A stretch of DNA of 64,000 nt from contig CAVXYC010000010.1 in the NCBI GenBank assembly GCA_963765765.1, forward strand, positions 160,001 through 224,000, given 5' to 3'. Below the pieces are notes generated by a model, which saw only the letters and a list, made by a program, of their open reading frames with translations, was not told where the DNA came from and made no database searches. Positions within the stretch are counted from its first letter, which is position 1. Every line of letters starts with the position of its first letter. Shown here piece after piece: positions 49,814 to 61,656 of this stretch. The stretch comes from an uncultured Chloroflexia bacterium. GTDB lineage: Bacteria > Chloroflexota > UBA6077 > JACCZL01. A program made the position numbers and the translations under genes.

Positions 49814-50964
49814 ATGGTCGCCAACACGAGTAGCGACGATCTTTCGAGAAATAACCCGTTTTTCCTGATCGATCCATATCGAGAATTTCTTCGCGACGAA
49901 GGGCGTTCCCGGTAGTCGAGCAATACTCGGTGAATGTTTTCGAGATCGAGCTGGAGCCGTGGAAGCGGCTCGGCGGTCTGGGATCGTACGTACACCTGGA
50001 AGGTCGCGGCGACTACTGCAACTGCTACGTGGTTAAGATCCCTCCCGGAGAGCAGCTCAACTCCGAGAAGCACGTATTTGACAAGGTCGTGTATGTCTTC
50101 CAGGGCCGTGGCTCGACGACGATCGAGCTGCCTAGCGGCAAACGCAACTCATTCGAGTGGGGACCGGGCAGCATGTTTGGCATCCCGCTCAACGCTCGGC
50201 ACCAGATCTTCAATGGCTCGGGCTCGGAGCCGGCAATTCTCGCGTGCAGCACCAACGCACCGATCTACATGAATCTGGTCCACAACACCGACTTCATCTT
50301 CGACAACCCATTCATCTTCCAGGAGCGACTTGGCGAAGAGCGTTACTTCTCCGGCGAAGGTGAGTTCCGCCAGGTGCGCCCCGGCCGCCACCAGTGGGAA
50401 ACCAACTTCGTATCCGACATCGTGAGCTTTGAGCTGCCGGTCTGGAATGAGCGCGGCGCTGGTGGCCGCAACATCATGTTCACGCTGGCGGATAGCCCGA
50501 TGCACATCCACCTTTCGGAGTTTCCGGTGGGGACGTACAAGAAGGCGCATCGACATGACTCGGGCGCGCACATCTTCATCGTGACGGGAGAGGGCTACAG
50601 CTTGCTCTGGCACGAGGGTCAGGATCCAGTCACCACGCGCAAAGTCGACTGGAAGCTCGGGTCGCTTTTCGCGCCGCCGGACGGACCGACCTATCACCAG
50701 CATTTCAATACCGCCTCCGCGCCGTCACGCTACCTGGTCACTGGCTTCTCCGGTGCTCGCTATCCCGTGCTCGAGAGCGCGCGACGACGGAACGAGGCCA
50801 GGATGAGTGACAAGTCGATCAAGCAAGGTGGATCTCAGGTCGAGTATGAGGACGAGGACCCACGGATCTTTGACCTCTTTCGATCCGAGCTCACCACGCG
50901 GGGGGCGTCACCGAAGATGGAGCGTTACCTCGGGGCTCGCGCTGGCAAGAAGTCGTGGCCATGA
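49814..50964 (+). CDS. Bicupin protein (frameshift near 49905)
   Basis: FEWGPGSMFGIPLNARHQIFN, YKKAHRH..AH, YHQHFN. ATG at 49814 after ggagg. Confidence 0.82.
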
Positions 50965-51225
50965 TGGCGCGTTCGCGCTGCATGACTATTCGCGCCCAAT
51001 TGATGACGCTGGCTGATAAATTCTGGTATGTGCCTGCCGATATGACCTACGCTGCCATGGACGGAGCCAGGCAGCAAAACTCGAGTCTCGTCTCGTGAAG
51101 TGCTCACGCTTGCGGAGCACTGAAAGGACGCCGTTCTAGGGGAGGCTGGCCGACTCAGAGCTAGTCTGCCGCAAACCATCGACAGGAGGCCGCGAGGAGT
51201 CGGCCCGTTAGATTGGAGGCCATCG

Positions 51226-52430
51226 ATGTTCGTACGCTCATTGTTATTCCTGGCTCTCATACTGCCGATTCTCACGGCATGTGCACCGGCTGCGGCGCCA
51301 GCGCCAACCCAGGCGTCCGCGGAGGCCGCAAAGCCCGCGGCGGCGGCTCCAACAACAGCGCCACCCGCCTCGGCGGCCAAACCGGCCGTGGCCAAGCCGC
51401 CGGCACAAGCGAGCGGCAAGCCCGGCGCTCTCCAAAGGAGTACTACGCAGGTAAGACCATCCGTATCATCGTCGGCATTGAGCCCGGCGCCAATGGCGAT
51501 ATCCAGGCACGGTACATTGCCCAGTCGTTGCCGAAATTCATCCCTGGCGAGCCCAACATGATCGTGACCAACATGCCCGGCAATAGCGGGCTGACGGCCA
51601 CGAACTACATTGCTGCTCAGCCGCCGGACGGATTGACGCTCTACTGGGGCACCGGCGGCCATCCGCATCAGCAGCTCGAGCAGGGCGCAAATGCCAAGTT
51701 CAAGTATGACGAGCTCGTTCGCGTGATAACGCTCGAGGGGCGCACGGCCTTGTGGCTCGGTCTTGGGTCGATGCCATACAAGCGGATCGCAGGAGGCAGT
51801 CGGCGGTGACAAAGAGTTCACCGTCGGCATGCTCTCCGAGAAGGACTCCGCCGACATCCAGATGCTGAAGGAGTGGCTCAAGCTGCCAGTGACGGATTGT
51901 CTACGGCATCGAGACAGGTCTGGCCAAAGGTGCTTCTCGCGTTTGATCGCAAGGACGTGGACAGCATGGTCAGCGGCTCCGGCTGGTACCAGATTCCCGA
52001 GTCAACGGCCGGGTGGTTCAAGGAAAACCAGCTTGGCCCGCTAGCTGTCCTCGCGACGCCAGAGACAAAGTTCATGAACAATGGCGAGATGGACTTGCCT
52101 TCCGACGTGAAGAACATTCGCGAGCTCCTTACGCCCGAGCAGCGCCGCGATTACGAGCTCATGACGGTCAGCGACGGTGCGTTCTATCGCAACTCGTATC
52201 TGCCCGCCGGGAACGCCGACTGAGATTCGGGACATACTCTCGGACTGCATTCGCGGCATGCGCTCAAGGACCCCGAGTGGATGAACGGTTTCGTCAAGGT
52301 CAATGGTCGCGCGCCAGACGGCGTGATGATGGGCGCCGAGCTTGATAAGATCGCCAAGTCATTCAAGATCGAGGAATTGGATGCACTGCTTGTGAAGTGG
52401 ATGCCCGGGCTACAAGTCGTCGCTGTAGTA
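51226..52430 (+). CDS. TctC/Bug-type tripartite tricarboxylate transporter binding lipoprotein (multiple frameshifts)
   Basis: Lipobox LTAC + Ala/Pro linker; YYAGKTIRIIVG..PG..D..ARYIA..IPGEP..IVTNMPG. Confidence 0.8.
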
Positions 52431-52519
52431 ACTGCATTCCTGCCCGAGCCATTACGGACGCTGAGGTGCCGCAGCCGGTCTGCATGCGTCCGTGCGCGCG
52501 AGCTCCCTGAGGATCGACG

Positions 52520-54629
52520 ATGGACTATTTCGCTCAAACGCTTCAGATCATCGGCGGCATCCTGAGCAACCCCATGTACTGGGTAGCGCTCTTTGCGACG
52601 ATCTTGCTGACCGGCCCAATTGGTCTTATCCCCGGCGTCGGGGCCACCACGGTTCTGGTCATCGCGCTTCCATTTGTGATTCTCAATCTCGATCCGCTGA
52701 TCGGCCTGGTGTTCATCGCGGGAATGCTGTCGCTGGGCAATACCATGGACATCATTCCCGCGGTGCTCCTGGGATATCCCAGCGGCGCTACGGCGGTTGA
52801 CTTTCTGGAAGGCCACCAGCTTGCCAGGCGTGGACTGGGCGCCCGAGTACTGGGCGCCAGCTACGCCGTATCCATGATCGGCGGGCTTATCGGCGCAACC
52901 ACGCCTGGCGTTCGCGATGCCCGGGCTCTGCGTGCGTTCATCGTGAATTTCTCATACGCTGAGATCGCCGCTATGGCGCTGTTTGGCGTCAGCATGGTGG
53001 CGATCCTCTCGCGGGGCGCCGTCATGAAGGGGCTTGGGTCCGCCTCATGGGCTTACTTCTTGCGAGCATCGGCGTGCTGCCCATTAGCGGCGTCGACCGA
53101 TTCACGTTCGACAACATCTACCTCTGGGATGGCATACCGCTGGTGGCGTTCCTCCTGGGAGTGTTCGCGTTCCCGGAGCTTGTGGACCTCAGCATGAGCC
53201 GGCAGCCCGTCGCCGCGAATAGCACGGTTTCCAATCGTGAGGTCTGGATAGGGTTCAAGGAAGGACTGAAGCGCTGGCGAACAATCCCCCGCCAGAGCCT
53301 CTTTGGCGTCTTCATGGGCTCAATACCTGGTATTGGCGGCGCGACGATTGAATGGCTCTCCTATGCACTGGGAATTGCCTTCTCCAAGGATAAATCGCAG
53401 TTCGGAAAGGGCAGCATGGACGGCATCCTCTTCACCGAGTCCGCCCAGAGCGCCAAGGAGGCGGGGCAGGCAATCCCCACACTCGCGTTTGGTATTCCGG
53501 GCGGATCCACTGGGCACTTTGCCTGGCCGCGATGGTGTCATATGGGATTGCGCCCGGCCTCGGTATGTTCACGACAAACATGCACATCACGATGGGCATC
53601 GTCCTGACCATCGGCCTTGGCAACCTGATCGGCGCGATCATGGCGCTATTCATCAGCGCCCAGGTGGCCCGCCTCACGCTGGTGCCTTACGCTTTTGTGG
53701 CGGGAATGATGCTGCCACTGATGTTCCTGAGCGCCTTCCAGGCCCGATTTCAGCTTGGCGATATCGTTGATGCTGCTTGCGATCGGCATCCTGGGACTCG
53801 CGCTGAAATGGTTTGGCTGGCCACGCCCGCCGATGATCATTGCGTTCGTCCTCGCTCCGGTCCTGGAACAAAATCTCTGGACCGCCGTGGGTGTAAACGG
53901 GCCTGCAGGCCTGCTCTCTCGTCCTTACGCCATAGCAATCCTGATTCTGGCGGGCATCACAGCTGTTTATCTGACTCGCGGATGATGGCCGACGGTGAGA
54001 AGTCGTGCCCTGGCGTCCGTGCACGAAGTCCTGCGACACAAGGATACCGGCGCCGTCATCAGCGGTGGGGCAGTTGCACTCTCGAGCCGAATGAACCGAC
54101 GCACCCGCCCCCGCGCATCGCGCCCACGTCGCTATCGTTGGAAATGGGAATATCTATTCTGGGCGGCGTTGATGGCCATTGTTGGTGGCGTCTTCTTGCG
54201 GCGAGAGCCTCACATACGAGGGCGCATCGCGATTCTTCCCATTGCTGGCCAGCATAGCTTTCCTGCTTGTCATGGCAGTGATCATCATTCGGGAGATCAT
54301 GGATCCGAACCGTGATCGCGGAGAGGTGATGGACATCGCCATGCGCACCGGGAACGAGCCGGAGGCGTCCGAGCGCTTCTAAGCACCCTGGCGTGGATGG
54401 CGGCATTCGTGGTCGCGATGGGGCATTGTGGGCTTCCGATCACGGCGATTCTGTTCCCAGTCGTGTTCATTCCAGCGAATCTGGAATGGCGCGGGAAGAA
54501 ACTGCTCTGGGTGTTGCTTCCGGTCGGCGCTCAGCGCGTTCGTGGTGCTCGTGCTTCTTGACAGCATGATGCACGTTGTCTGGCCGGATCGATTCATCTG
54601 GAACTGGTCTACGGGCGGGCGCGTACTAA
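52520..54629 (+). CDS. TctA-family permease, apparently fused to a TctB-like C-terminal domain (multiple frameshifts)
   Basis: GLIPGVG, IPAVLLGYP, EGHQLARRG, IPTLAFGIPG, WPRPPMIIAFVL, followed by 4-5 extra TM segments ending VVWP. Confidence 0.78.
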
Positions 54630-54666
54630 ACTCTGGGGTCGCGAGCGTCGCCACACGCGCGGTATA

Positions 54667-56521
54667 GTGGGGCGGCCCACTGATGGCGCGACCGCGCATG
54701 GCACGGTCGCGCTTCGCAATCCACCGGAGCGCCCGATGATTCCTCGCGCACTCGTCGTTCGAGTGCTGTTGGTCGTACTCGTATTGGTCGTCGCGGTCTC
54801 GCCGTCGATTCTTCAACCTCGACTCAGAAGCGCAGAGATCCAGACCGAGGCATTACTCTCGGACATGCAGCGGCTTGTTGATCAAGTAAACGCAATAGAC
54901 CACAGCGCTCTCTTAGGCATCAAGAAAGCAGCGGTCGCGAGCGGAAACCCTCTTTCCATAGCTCAGGCAAATGCCTCACTGGCCACGGAAGCGCAGACCC
55001 GTGCCGCCGCGGTCATGAAGCTATGGCTGACCCGCCTGGACCGTGAAACCGGACTCCCGCCCACGTCGCTCGTCCCATCCATACCTCGATTCATCTACGG
55101 CGATACCGGCGCCGATTTTCTGCCGCATTTTGGCATCGCTGTGCAGCTTCTCTCACCGGATGAGTACGGACTGATTCTCAACATGCTGTCCAACGAAAGG
55201 CGCTTGACGACTGGCGTGCCCGAGGCCATCGACCTCACGCTCGATCGGGAAACATCGATGGACACCGATGAGGCCATTTTTGACGCGGCCGAATACGCCA
55301 AGGACGGCCTACTGCCGCTCATTGAGCGACTTGGCACGGAGCCATGGCTTGGTAGGGCGCGCGAGGTGGCCGACTCGATCATTGCGGCCGCCAGCGTTCG
55401 GACTCCCAAGCAGGGAAGCGTTCCCGCCAACTCGACGGAAGTGAATGGCGACATGCTGCAAGTGCTCGCGCGGGTCTACTGGGCGACACGCGACATAAAG
55501 TATCTCGAGGCAGCCGACCGGATCGCGCTGACGTACCTTGAGGACGTGCTACCGAAGACAACCTACCTTCCTCCGAATCAATGGAACTTCATTGAGAACG
55601 AGCCGATTGGACGACGTCGGTTGAGGCTCTCCGATCACGGGAATGAAGTGATCGCTGGTCTCATTGAGTGGCACCTCGTTGAGTCCGCGTTGGAGCGTCC
55701 TGGGGTGGAGACTCATCGGCAAACAATCCGGCGCATGCTCGATCGAATTCTGCAGACGGGTCGGAATGAGGACGGTATGTGGCTGCGCGTGATTGAGATT
55801 CCGTCAGGTCGAGTGGAACAGCCTGGGGTGACCGACAACTGGGGATACGTCTTTCAGGCGTTCATGGCTCAGTCCGAAATCGAGCGCCAATTCCCCAACG
55901 GCGATACGGAAGTTGCCGATCGCTACGACGCCGCGGTGATCCGGGCACTCCAATCCTTACCGAAGTATCGAGACTATGCCTGGCAAAACGGCGAGATGGA
56001 TGGTTACGCCGATGCACTCGAGAGCGTGTTCTACCTGTTAGACAAATTCCCGGTGCAGGTGGCGGCGGAATGGACCGACGAGGAGATGAACGGCCTCTAC
56101 CGGTATCAGAAGCATGACGGGCACGTGCTCGAGCGTGATCTCGACGGCAATTTCATGCGGACGTCGCTGCTCTACTCATCGTGGCTGATGCGTGGATCCC
56201 GTCTGTCTCCGTGGGACCTCGCAAGTGAACCTGGGTGCCGCGGTTGACCGCGAGTGCACCGTGTTTTCGCTCGACTCGAGCTCGGATTGGTCCGGGCGAG
56301 TTGTGTTCGACACGCCTCGCTCGCGCGACAATTTCAACCTTCCCTTCGACTACGCGCGATTGAACAAGTGGCCAGAGTGGTTTGTGGCTGATCCGGTAAA
56401 GAACTATCAGATCTCGGGCATGCTCGGGGAGCAGGTAACGTCGGGGCAGGCACTCGCCGACGGCCTGGCAGTCACGCTCACACCCGGACAGCAAGGCTCG
56501 CTGAGGATCTGTCCGGGGTAG
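54667..56521 (+). CDS. Exported hypothetical protein, probable (alpha/alpha)-barrel glycosidase-like (frameshift near 56230)
   Basis: N-terminal TM; AEYAKDGLLP, EVNGDMLQ, DHGNE, DNWGY, DGYAD, DGNF. Confidence 0.6.
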
Positions 56522-56714
56522 GCGAATGCCCTACTCCTCACCCAAAGTGCGAGGGATCGCGGTGTGAAGCCGTCGGGCCTGATATGGCCAGACCGGCTCC
56601 TAGTCCCTTTGGAAGAAGACTGGGTGAGGGAAGAGCGACCTCTCAAAGCCAGCACGATGCCCCGCATGCCCGCCGCACGTCACGTGTAATATTCCCGCGA
56701 AGGAGCTGTTATTC

Positions 56715-58893
56715 ATGGCCCACCACGCTGTCATCGATCCCCGTCCCGGCTGACTACCGAGATGCGCGCCTTTGCGCTGTCTACCTGGCGCCGGACCTCC
56801 TGAAGGCCATGGGTGCAGCGACTGACGATGTCGTTCGAATCACCACACATAGGGAGCGAACAGTGCTGGCCCGTGTGGCCGGGCCCTTTGTGGACGGCGC
56901 GCCTGAAAGCATTCAGATCGATCGCTTCACGCGTCAGGCTCTGAAGGCTTATCCGCATGAGGAGGTGCACCTCGAGCTCGTGGATCCCCAGCCGACGCCC
57001 GAGCTTGCGCTGGTACCCGGTGTGGATATGAGTCAGCGCTATAACCCGCAACTTGTTCCGCAGCTCAAGCGAGTCCTGGCCCAGAACCGGACCCCCGTGC
57101 GGCGAGGCATGATGCTGTACGTGCAACTTCCGGACGGGCTGGCTGGAATTGCCTATGACGTCCACTTCGTCGGCGGTAACGAAGGAATCGTCACGCAGGA
57201 CACGGCGCTCTGGCTGATTCAGGACGATCACGATCACGGCCCAGACGATCACGACCACGAACATGATCGGCGATCGGAGACGGTTGTCGACACAACGTAC
57301 GAAGACATCGGCGGCCTGAGCGCGCAGATCCGCGAGGTGCGTGAATTCGTGGAGCTACCGCTGGTCTTTCCCCAGGTCTACCGACAGCTCGGGATCAACC
57401 CGCCCAAGGGCGTGATCTTTTTTGGTGCGCCTGGGACCGGCAAGACGCTACTTGCGCGCTCGGTCGCGAATGAGATCAACGCGCGATTCTTCTACATCAA
57501 CGGTCCCGAGGTAATCGGTACCTACACCGGTCAGACCGAGGAGAATCTGCGTAAGATATTCGCCGACGCCAGTACTGAGCCGCCATCGATCATCTTCATC
57601 GATGAGCTTGACGCTATCGCCCCGGTTCGGCGTATGGCCTCGACGATGTCGGATTCGCGGGCTGTGACTCAGCTTCTCGCACTCCTGGATGGGCTGAAGC
57701 GCGCCGAGGGCGTGATGGTGATCGGAACCACGAATCGGATCGAGGCGATTGATCCAGCACTCCGCCGGGCAGGGCGGTTCGATCGAGAGATCTACTTCCC
57801 AACTCCGTCATCGGATGCTCGCGAGCAGATTCTCCGCGTGCATACCCGCGAAATGCCGCTCAGTGACGATGCGATCGAAAACATTCCGTCGGTTGCCGAT
57901 CGGGCATATGGTTATGTGGGCGCCGATCTCATGGAGCTCAGTCGAGAGGCGGGGTTGAACGCGCTGCGAAGGGCTTCCCAGGAGTTTATCGCCGCGCCAT
58001 CGCTCGCCTCGTATCCCCGACCTGAGAAGCTGATCATCACCGGTGGCGATTTTGATGCGGCGCTCAAACGCGTGCGGCCCGCCTCCATGCGTGAATCGCT
58101 TATAGCCTTCCCCACGGTCACGTGGAACGATGTAGGAGGCCTGGAGCACGTCAAGAAACGTCTGAGGGACCTGGTGGAGCAGCCTCTGCGTCATCCTGAA
58201 CAGTTCGCCGAGATAGGCCTCTCCACGAACCTTGGAGTGCTGCTGTACGGCCCGCCCGGAACCGGAAAAACCCTGCTGGCTAAGGCCATTGCGAGAGAGT
58301 CTGGGGTCAATTTCATACCGATTCAAGGGCCCGAATTATTCTCACAGTGGCTCGGTGAGTCCGAGGAGAGCGTAAGACACATCTTCAACGTTGCCCGCCG
58401 CGCCTCTCCATGCATTGTGTTCTTCGATCAGCTCGACGCGGTGCTGTCACATCGTGGCGACGGCGATCACGAGGGCTCGCGTGCTCCGCAGCGCGTGGTG
58501 AACCAGCTTCTGGCCGAGCTCGATGGCATGGAGCAGCTCGGCGACGTCATCGTCATCGGTGCTACCAATCGGATCGCCATGGTGGATCCGGCGGCGTTAC
58601 GACCGGGGCGGTTCGGCGTTCACCTGCACGTAGGCTTACCCGACGAGCATGATCGCGCCGAGATTCTCCGCATTCATCTCCGCGATGCGGCGATCGAGCC
58701 AGGCTCCACGACGGAAAATTTGATCTCTCACTTACTCCCCATGACAGATGGGCTCTCCGGTGCGGATCTGGCATTCATGTGTCAGACCGCAAAGCTCGAT
58801 GCCATGCAGGAAGTGGACTTTCAAGCGGCGCCTCGCCTGGCACCGCGCCATTTTGAAGATGTCCTGCCAGAGCTTTCCTCGCGGGAGAACTAG
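56715..58893 (+). CDS. Cdc48/p97/VAT-like double AAA+ ATPase
   Basis: N domain; D1 GAPGTGKT / IFIDELD / ALRRAGRFDRE; D2 GPPGTGKT / FFDQLD / ALRPGRF. aggag RBS before ATG 56715 (one probable extra C). Confidence 0.92.
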
Positions 58894-58905
58894 CTGCTAG
58901 GCGAG

Positions 58906-59019
58906 CCCTGGGACCGTGGGCGGCCCACCCGTACCTGCCAATGCGTAGCCAGAGGCGAGGAACAGGGTGTTGATGGACGAGGCATGATCGGGACGGGCGG
59001 GCCGCCCGCGGTCCCAGGG
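58906..59019. repeat. REP-like inverted repeat element, copy 1
   Basis: 27-bp arms ccctgggaccgtgggcggcccacccgt / acgggcgggccgcccgcggtcccaggg. Confidence 0.8.
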
Positions 59020-59027
59020 AGGCGAAT

Positions 59028-60181
59028 CTACGCCGGGGCCATTTCCGCGGTGGCCGTTTCCGCGGTGGCCGTTCCACGGTAGCCATTGATTCCAGCACGT
59101 AACAGCGCTCCGGCGGGATCCGCAGAAATACGCGTTGGCCTTCATTCAGCACCGTGAACGGCTCACCTTTCACCCGTACGAGACGTCCGTTTAGATCGAG
59201 TTGATACTCGATCGTGTCCCCGAGATATTGCGCCGTTGCCACAGTCGCCTCGATGACGTTGTCCTTCTCGTTCGGAGGTGTGTCGCTCAGCAACACGCCC
59301 TCGGGCCGAAACCCCATCATCACCGCGCTGCCCACCGTTGCCCACTCAGGCAGAGGGGCTACGAGCTCTCCCCAGGCGGAGTCGATCAAGCCGGCGCCTC
59401 CCGGAGGGCCGAGTCGACTAATCATCCCATCGAGAAGGTTCGTGCGCCCAAGGAAGTTGGCTACAAACGACGAATTCGGTTCCAGATACACATCGCGTGG
59501 AGCACCGGACTGCACAATCACTCCGTCGCTCATCAACGCAACGGTGTCGGACATGGCCAGCGCCTCGAGCTGATCGTGTGTCACGTACAACGTGGTGATC
59601 CCAAGCCGATGCACCAGTGACTTGATCTCGTGACGCATATCCTCTCGCAGCTTTGCGTCGAGATTTGAGAGCGGCTCGTCGAGCAATAAGACAGTGGGCT
59701 CGTGTACCAGCGAGCGGGCCAGAGCCACGCGCTGTTGTTGTCCTCCCGAGAGCAGTGGTGCTGGCCGATCAGCCAGATGGTCCAGCTGAACCAGGCTCAG
59801 CGCACGCATGACCTTTTCTTTAATATCGCTCTTGGAGATGCGCTTGTGACCGTGCTCGAGAGGGAAGGCCACGTTCTGAAACACTGTCATATGGGGCCAG
59901 ATCGCATAGCTCTGAAACACCATGCCGATGTCGCGTTGGTGTGGAGGTGTCAGTGTTCGCGCCTCTGGGTCGAACACCACATCGTCACCGATCTGGATCT
60001 GGCCGCCACTTGGTATCTCGAGGCCGGCGATGGAGCGCAACGTGCTCGTCTTGCCGCAGCCTGAAGGGCCCAGAAGGGTAAAAAATTGCCCGTGCTCCAC
60101 GGTGAATGAGACGCCTCGCACAGCGCGTACATCCGCTGAGCCGGTGCGGTAGGTCAACTCCAGGTCAGTAACTTTCAGCAT
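59028..60181 (-). CDS. ABC transporter ATP-binding protein (Fe3+/polyamine family, TOBE domain)
   Basis: GPSGCGKT, FQSYAIWPHM, LSGGQQQR, LLDEPLSNLD. Likely ends ETATAETATAEMAPA* after correcting one indel. Confidence 0.92.
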
Positions 60182-60311
60182 GCTGCGCTGCACTCCCGAG
60201 CGTGCGCCCTATACGTGTTGAGCCTCTGGACATTCTAGTCATCATCATCTAGTCCGACAATGAAAACGGCTGCGCGTCAGTAAGCATGCGTCGCGCAGCC
60301 GCTCGAATTCA

Positions 60312-60339
60312 TTGACAAGACTCTAGACGCGTGATTAAT
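60312..60339 (+). promoter_or_regulatory. Sigma70-type promoter candidate
   Basis: TTGACA-16 nt-ATTAAT upstream of the binding-protein gene. Confidence 0.5.
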
Positions 60340-60417
60340 GTTCTCACCAATTAGACTGGCAGTCCACGCCGGTTGTGAAACTCCGGGCGAATCGCCAGTT
60401 CGCGTGAGGTCTCATCG

Positions 60418-61521
60418 ATGATCAGTACCAACCGGCGAGCGTTTCTCAGAATTGTGGGCCTTGGGGCCAGCGCGGCGCTCGTGGCTGCGTGTAGTCAACC
60501 TGCACCGGCAGCTAAGCCAGCCGCGCCGGCGGCATCAGGATCGGGTGCCGCAACAGCGCCCGCGAACCTCATAGATCAGGTCTACGAGGCTGCCAAGAAG
60601 GAAGGCAAACTCGTCTGGTGGGACCAGCATACGCTAGAGGTCTCGTCGCGTTACATCGATGCGTTCAAGAAGAAGTATCCAGGCATCGAAGTGGAGTACT
60701 TCAACCAGACGGCTGATGAGCTGAAGACGAAAGCCGTTGCGGAAGCGCGCGCCGGACGCATGTCGTTTGACGTAATCGACTCCGGAAGTAATTACACGGC
60801 ATACAAAGATGCCGGCATATTCGCGGATAACTCGGATGTGATCGTCGCTGCCGGTGTTCCCGCGAGCGACGTCTATGAGGGATCATTCTCCCCCGAATAC
60901 ACTGTGAACGGCGTCGCATATAACCCCAATCTCGTGAAGGTGGAGGAGCTTCCGAAGACCTGGGAGGGGTTCCTGGAGCCGCAGTGGAAGGGCAAGCTGG
61001 CAGTAGAGACGCGCTTCCGTTCCTTCGTCTACGGAACGCCCTTCATGGGCGGCGAAGACAAGGTCGCCGAGTATCTCGGCAAACTCAAGGAGCAGAACCC
61101 CCGACTGACGAAGGGCGACGCCGATAGCAATACCATGCTGGTGGCAGGCGAGTACGCCGTCCTGGTCGGTGCCTATCTACACAACGTGGTCAAGTACGAG
61201 CCCAAAGGGCAGCCATGGGGCTTCGCTCCACTGAATGAGGTCTACGTAGCTCCTCAGGGACCGGGATATACCGTTCCCGAGAAAGCACCGCATCGTCAGG
61301 CAGGCCGTCTATTCCTCCACTGGCTCGTTGGCAATGAAGGCATCGCACTCATGGATGAGCTGCGCTTCAAGGGGAACCCTGCGCCTGGTTCCGGCACCGG
61401 GCCGTCGAAGCTTCTCGAAGAACGGAAAATCACGCCAAAGACCCCGCCGCTCGAGTACGAGATCAACTATTCGAAATACGAGAAGCGATACGGCGTCGCG
61501 CTCGGCCTTCCGAGCGTCTAA
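60418..61521 (+). CDS. ABC substrate-binding lipoprotein (Tat-like signal; Fe3+/polyamine family)
   Basis: TNRRAFL..VAAC; EAAKKEGKLVWW; LPKTW..L.P.WKGK; APH..A.LF..W. Confidence 0.9.
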   Translation: MISTNRRAFLRIVGLGASAALVAACSQPAPAAKPAAPAASGSGAATAPANLIDQVYEAAKKEGKLVWWDQHTLEVSSRYIDAFKKKYPGIEVEYFNQTADELKTKAVAEARAGRMSFDVIDSGSNYTAYKDAGIFADNSDVIVAAGVPASDVYEGSFSPEYTVNGVAYNPNLVKVEELPKTWEGFLEPQWKGKLAVETRFRSFVYGTPFMGGEDKVAEYLGKLKEQNPRLTKGDADSNTMLVAGEYAVLVGAYLHNVVKYEPKGQPWGFAPLNEVYVAPQGPGYTVPEKAPHRQAGRLFLHWLVGNEGIALMDELRFKGNPAPGSGTGPSKLLEERKITPKTPPLEYEINYSKYEKRYGVALGLPSV

Positions 61522-61530
61522 TGAGCTGGG

Positions 61531-61629
61531 TCCTGGGAACGTGGGCTTCTCGGCCGTCCCGACCCGAACATGACCAGCACTGATCACCAATCGAGCCGAT
61601 CGGGACGGGCAAGATACCCGCTCCCAGGA
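61531..61629. repeat. REP-like inverted repeat element, copy 2 (degenerate)
   Basis: tcctgggaacgtggg..gccgtcccga / tcgggacgggc..cccgctcccagga. Confidence 0.65.
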
Positions 61630-61656
61630 TCCAGTCAGCTTCAGTGAGGTTCGCGC

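Noticed and set aside
11080-56720. Mass pseudogenisation or programmed frameshifting (sufS, capD-like, wecB, gmd, thrC, cupin, tct genes, cdc48 start)
   Set aside because: The breaks are single-base, often in short homopolymers, and hit essential-type genes with otherwise intact motifs. No slippery-site pattern was seen. Long-read error is the simpler explanation, though reads are needed to confirm.
58775-59030. Long antisense overlap of the ABC ATPase with cdc48
   Set aside because: One missing A in a 15-bp tandem repeat explains the read-through. The corrected stop is at 59028.
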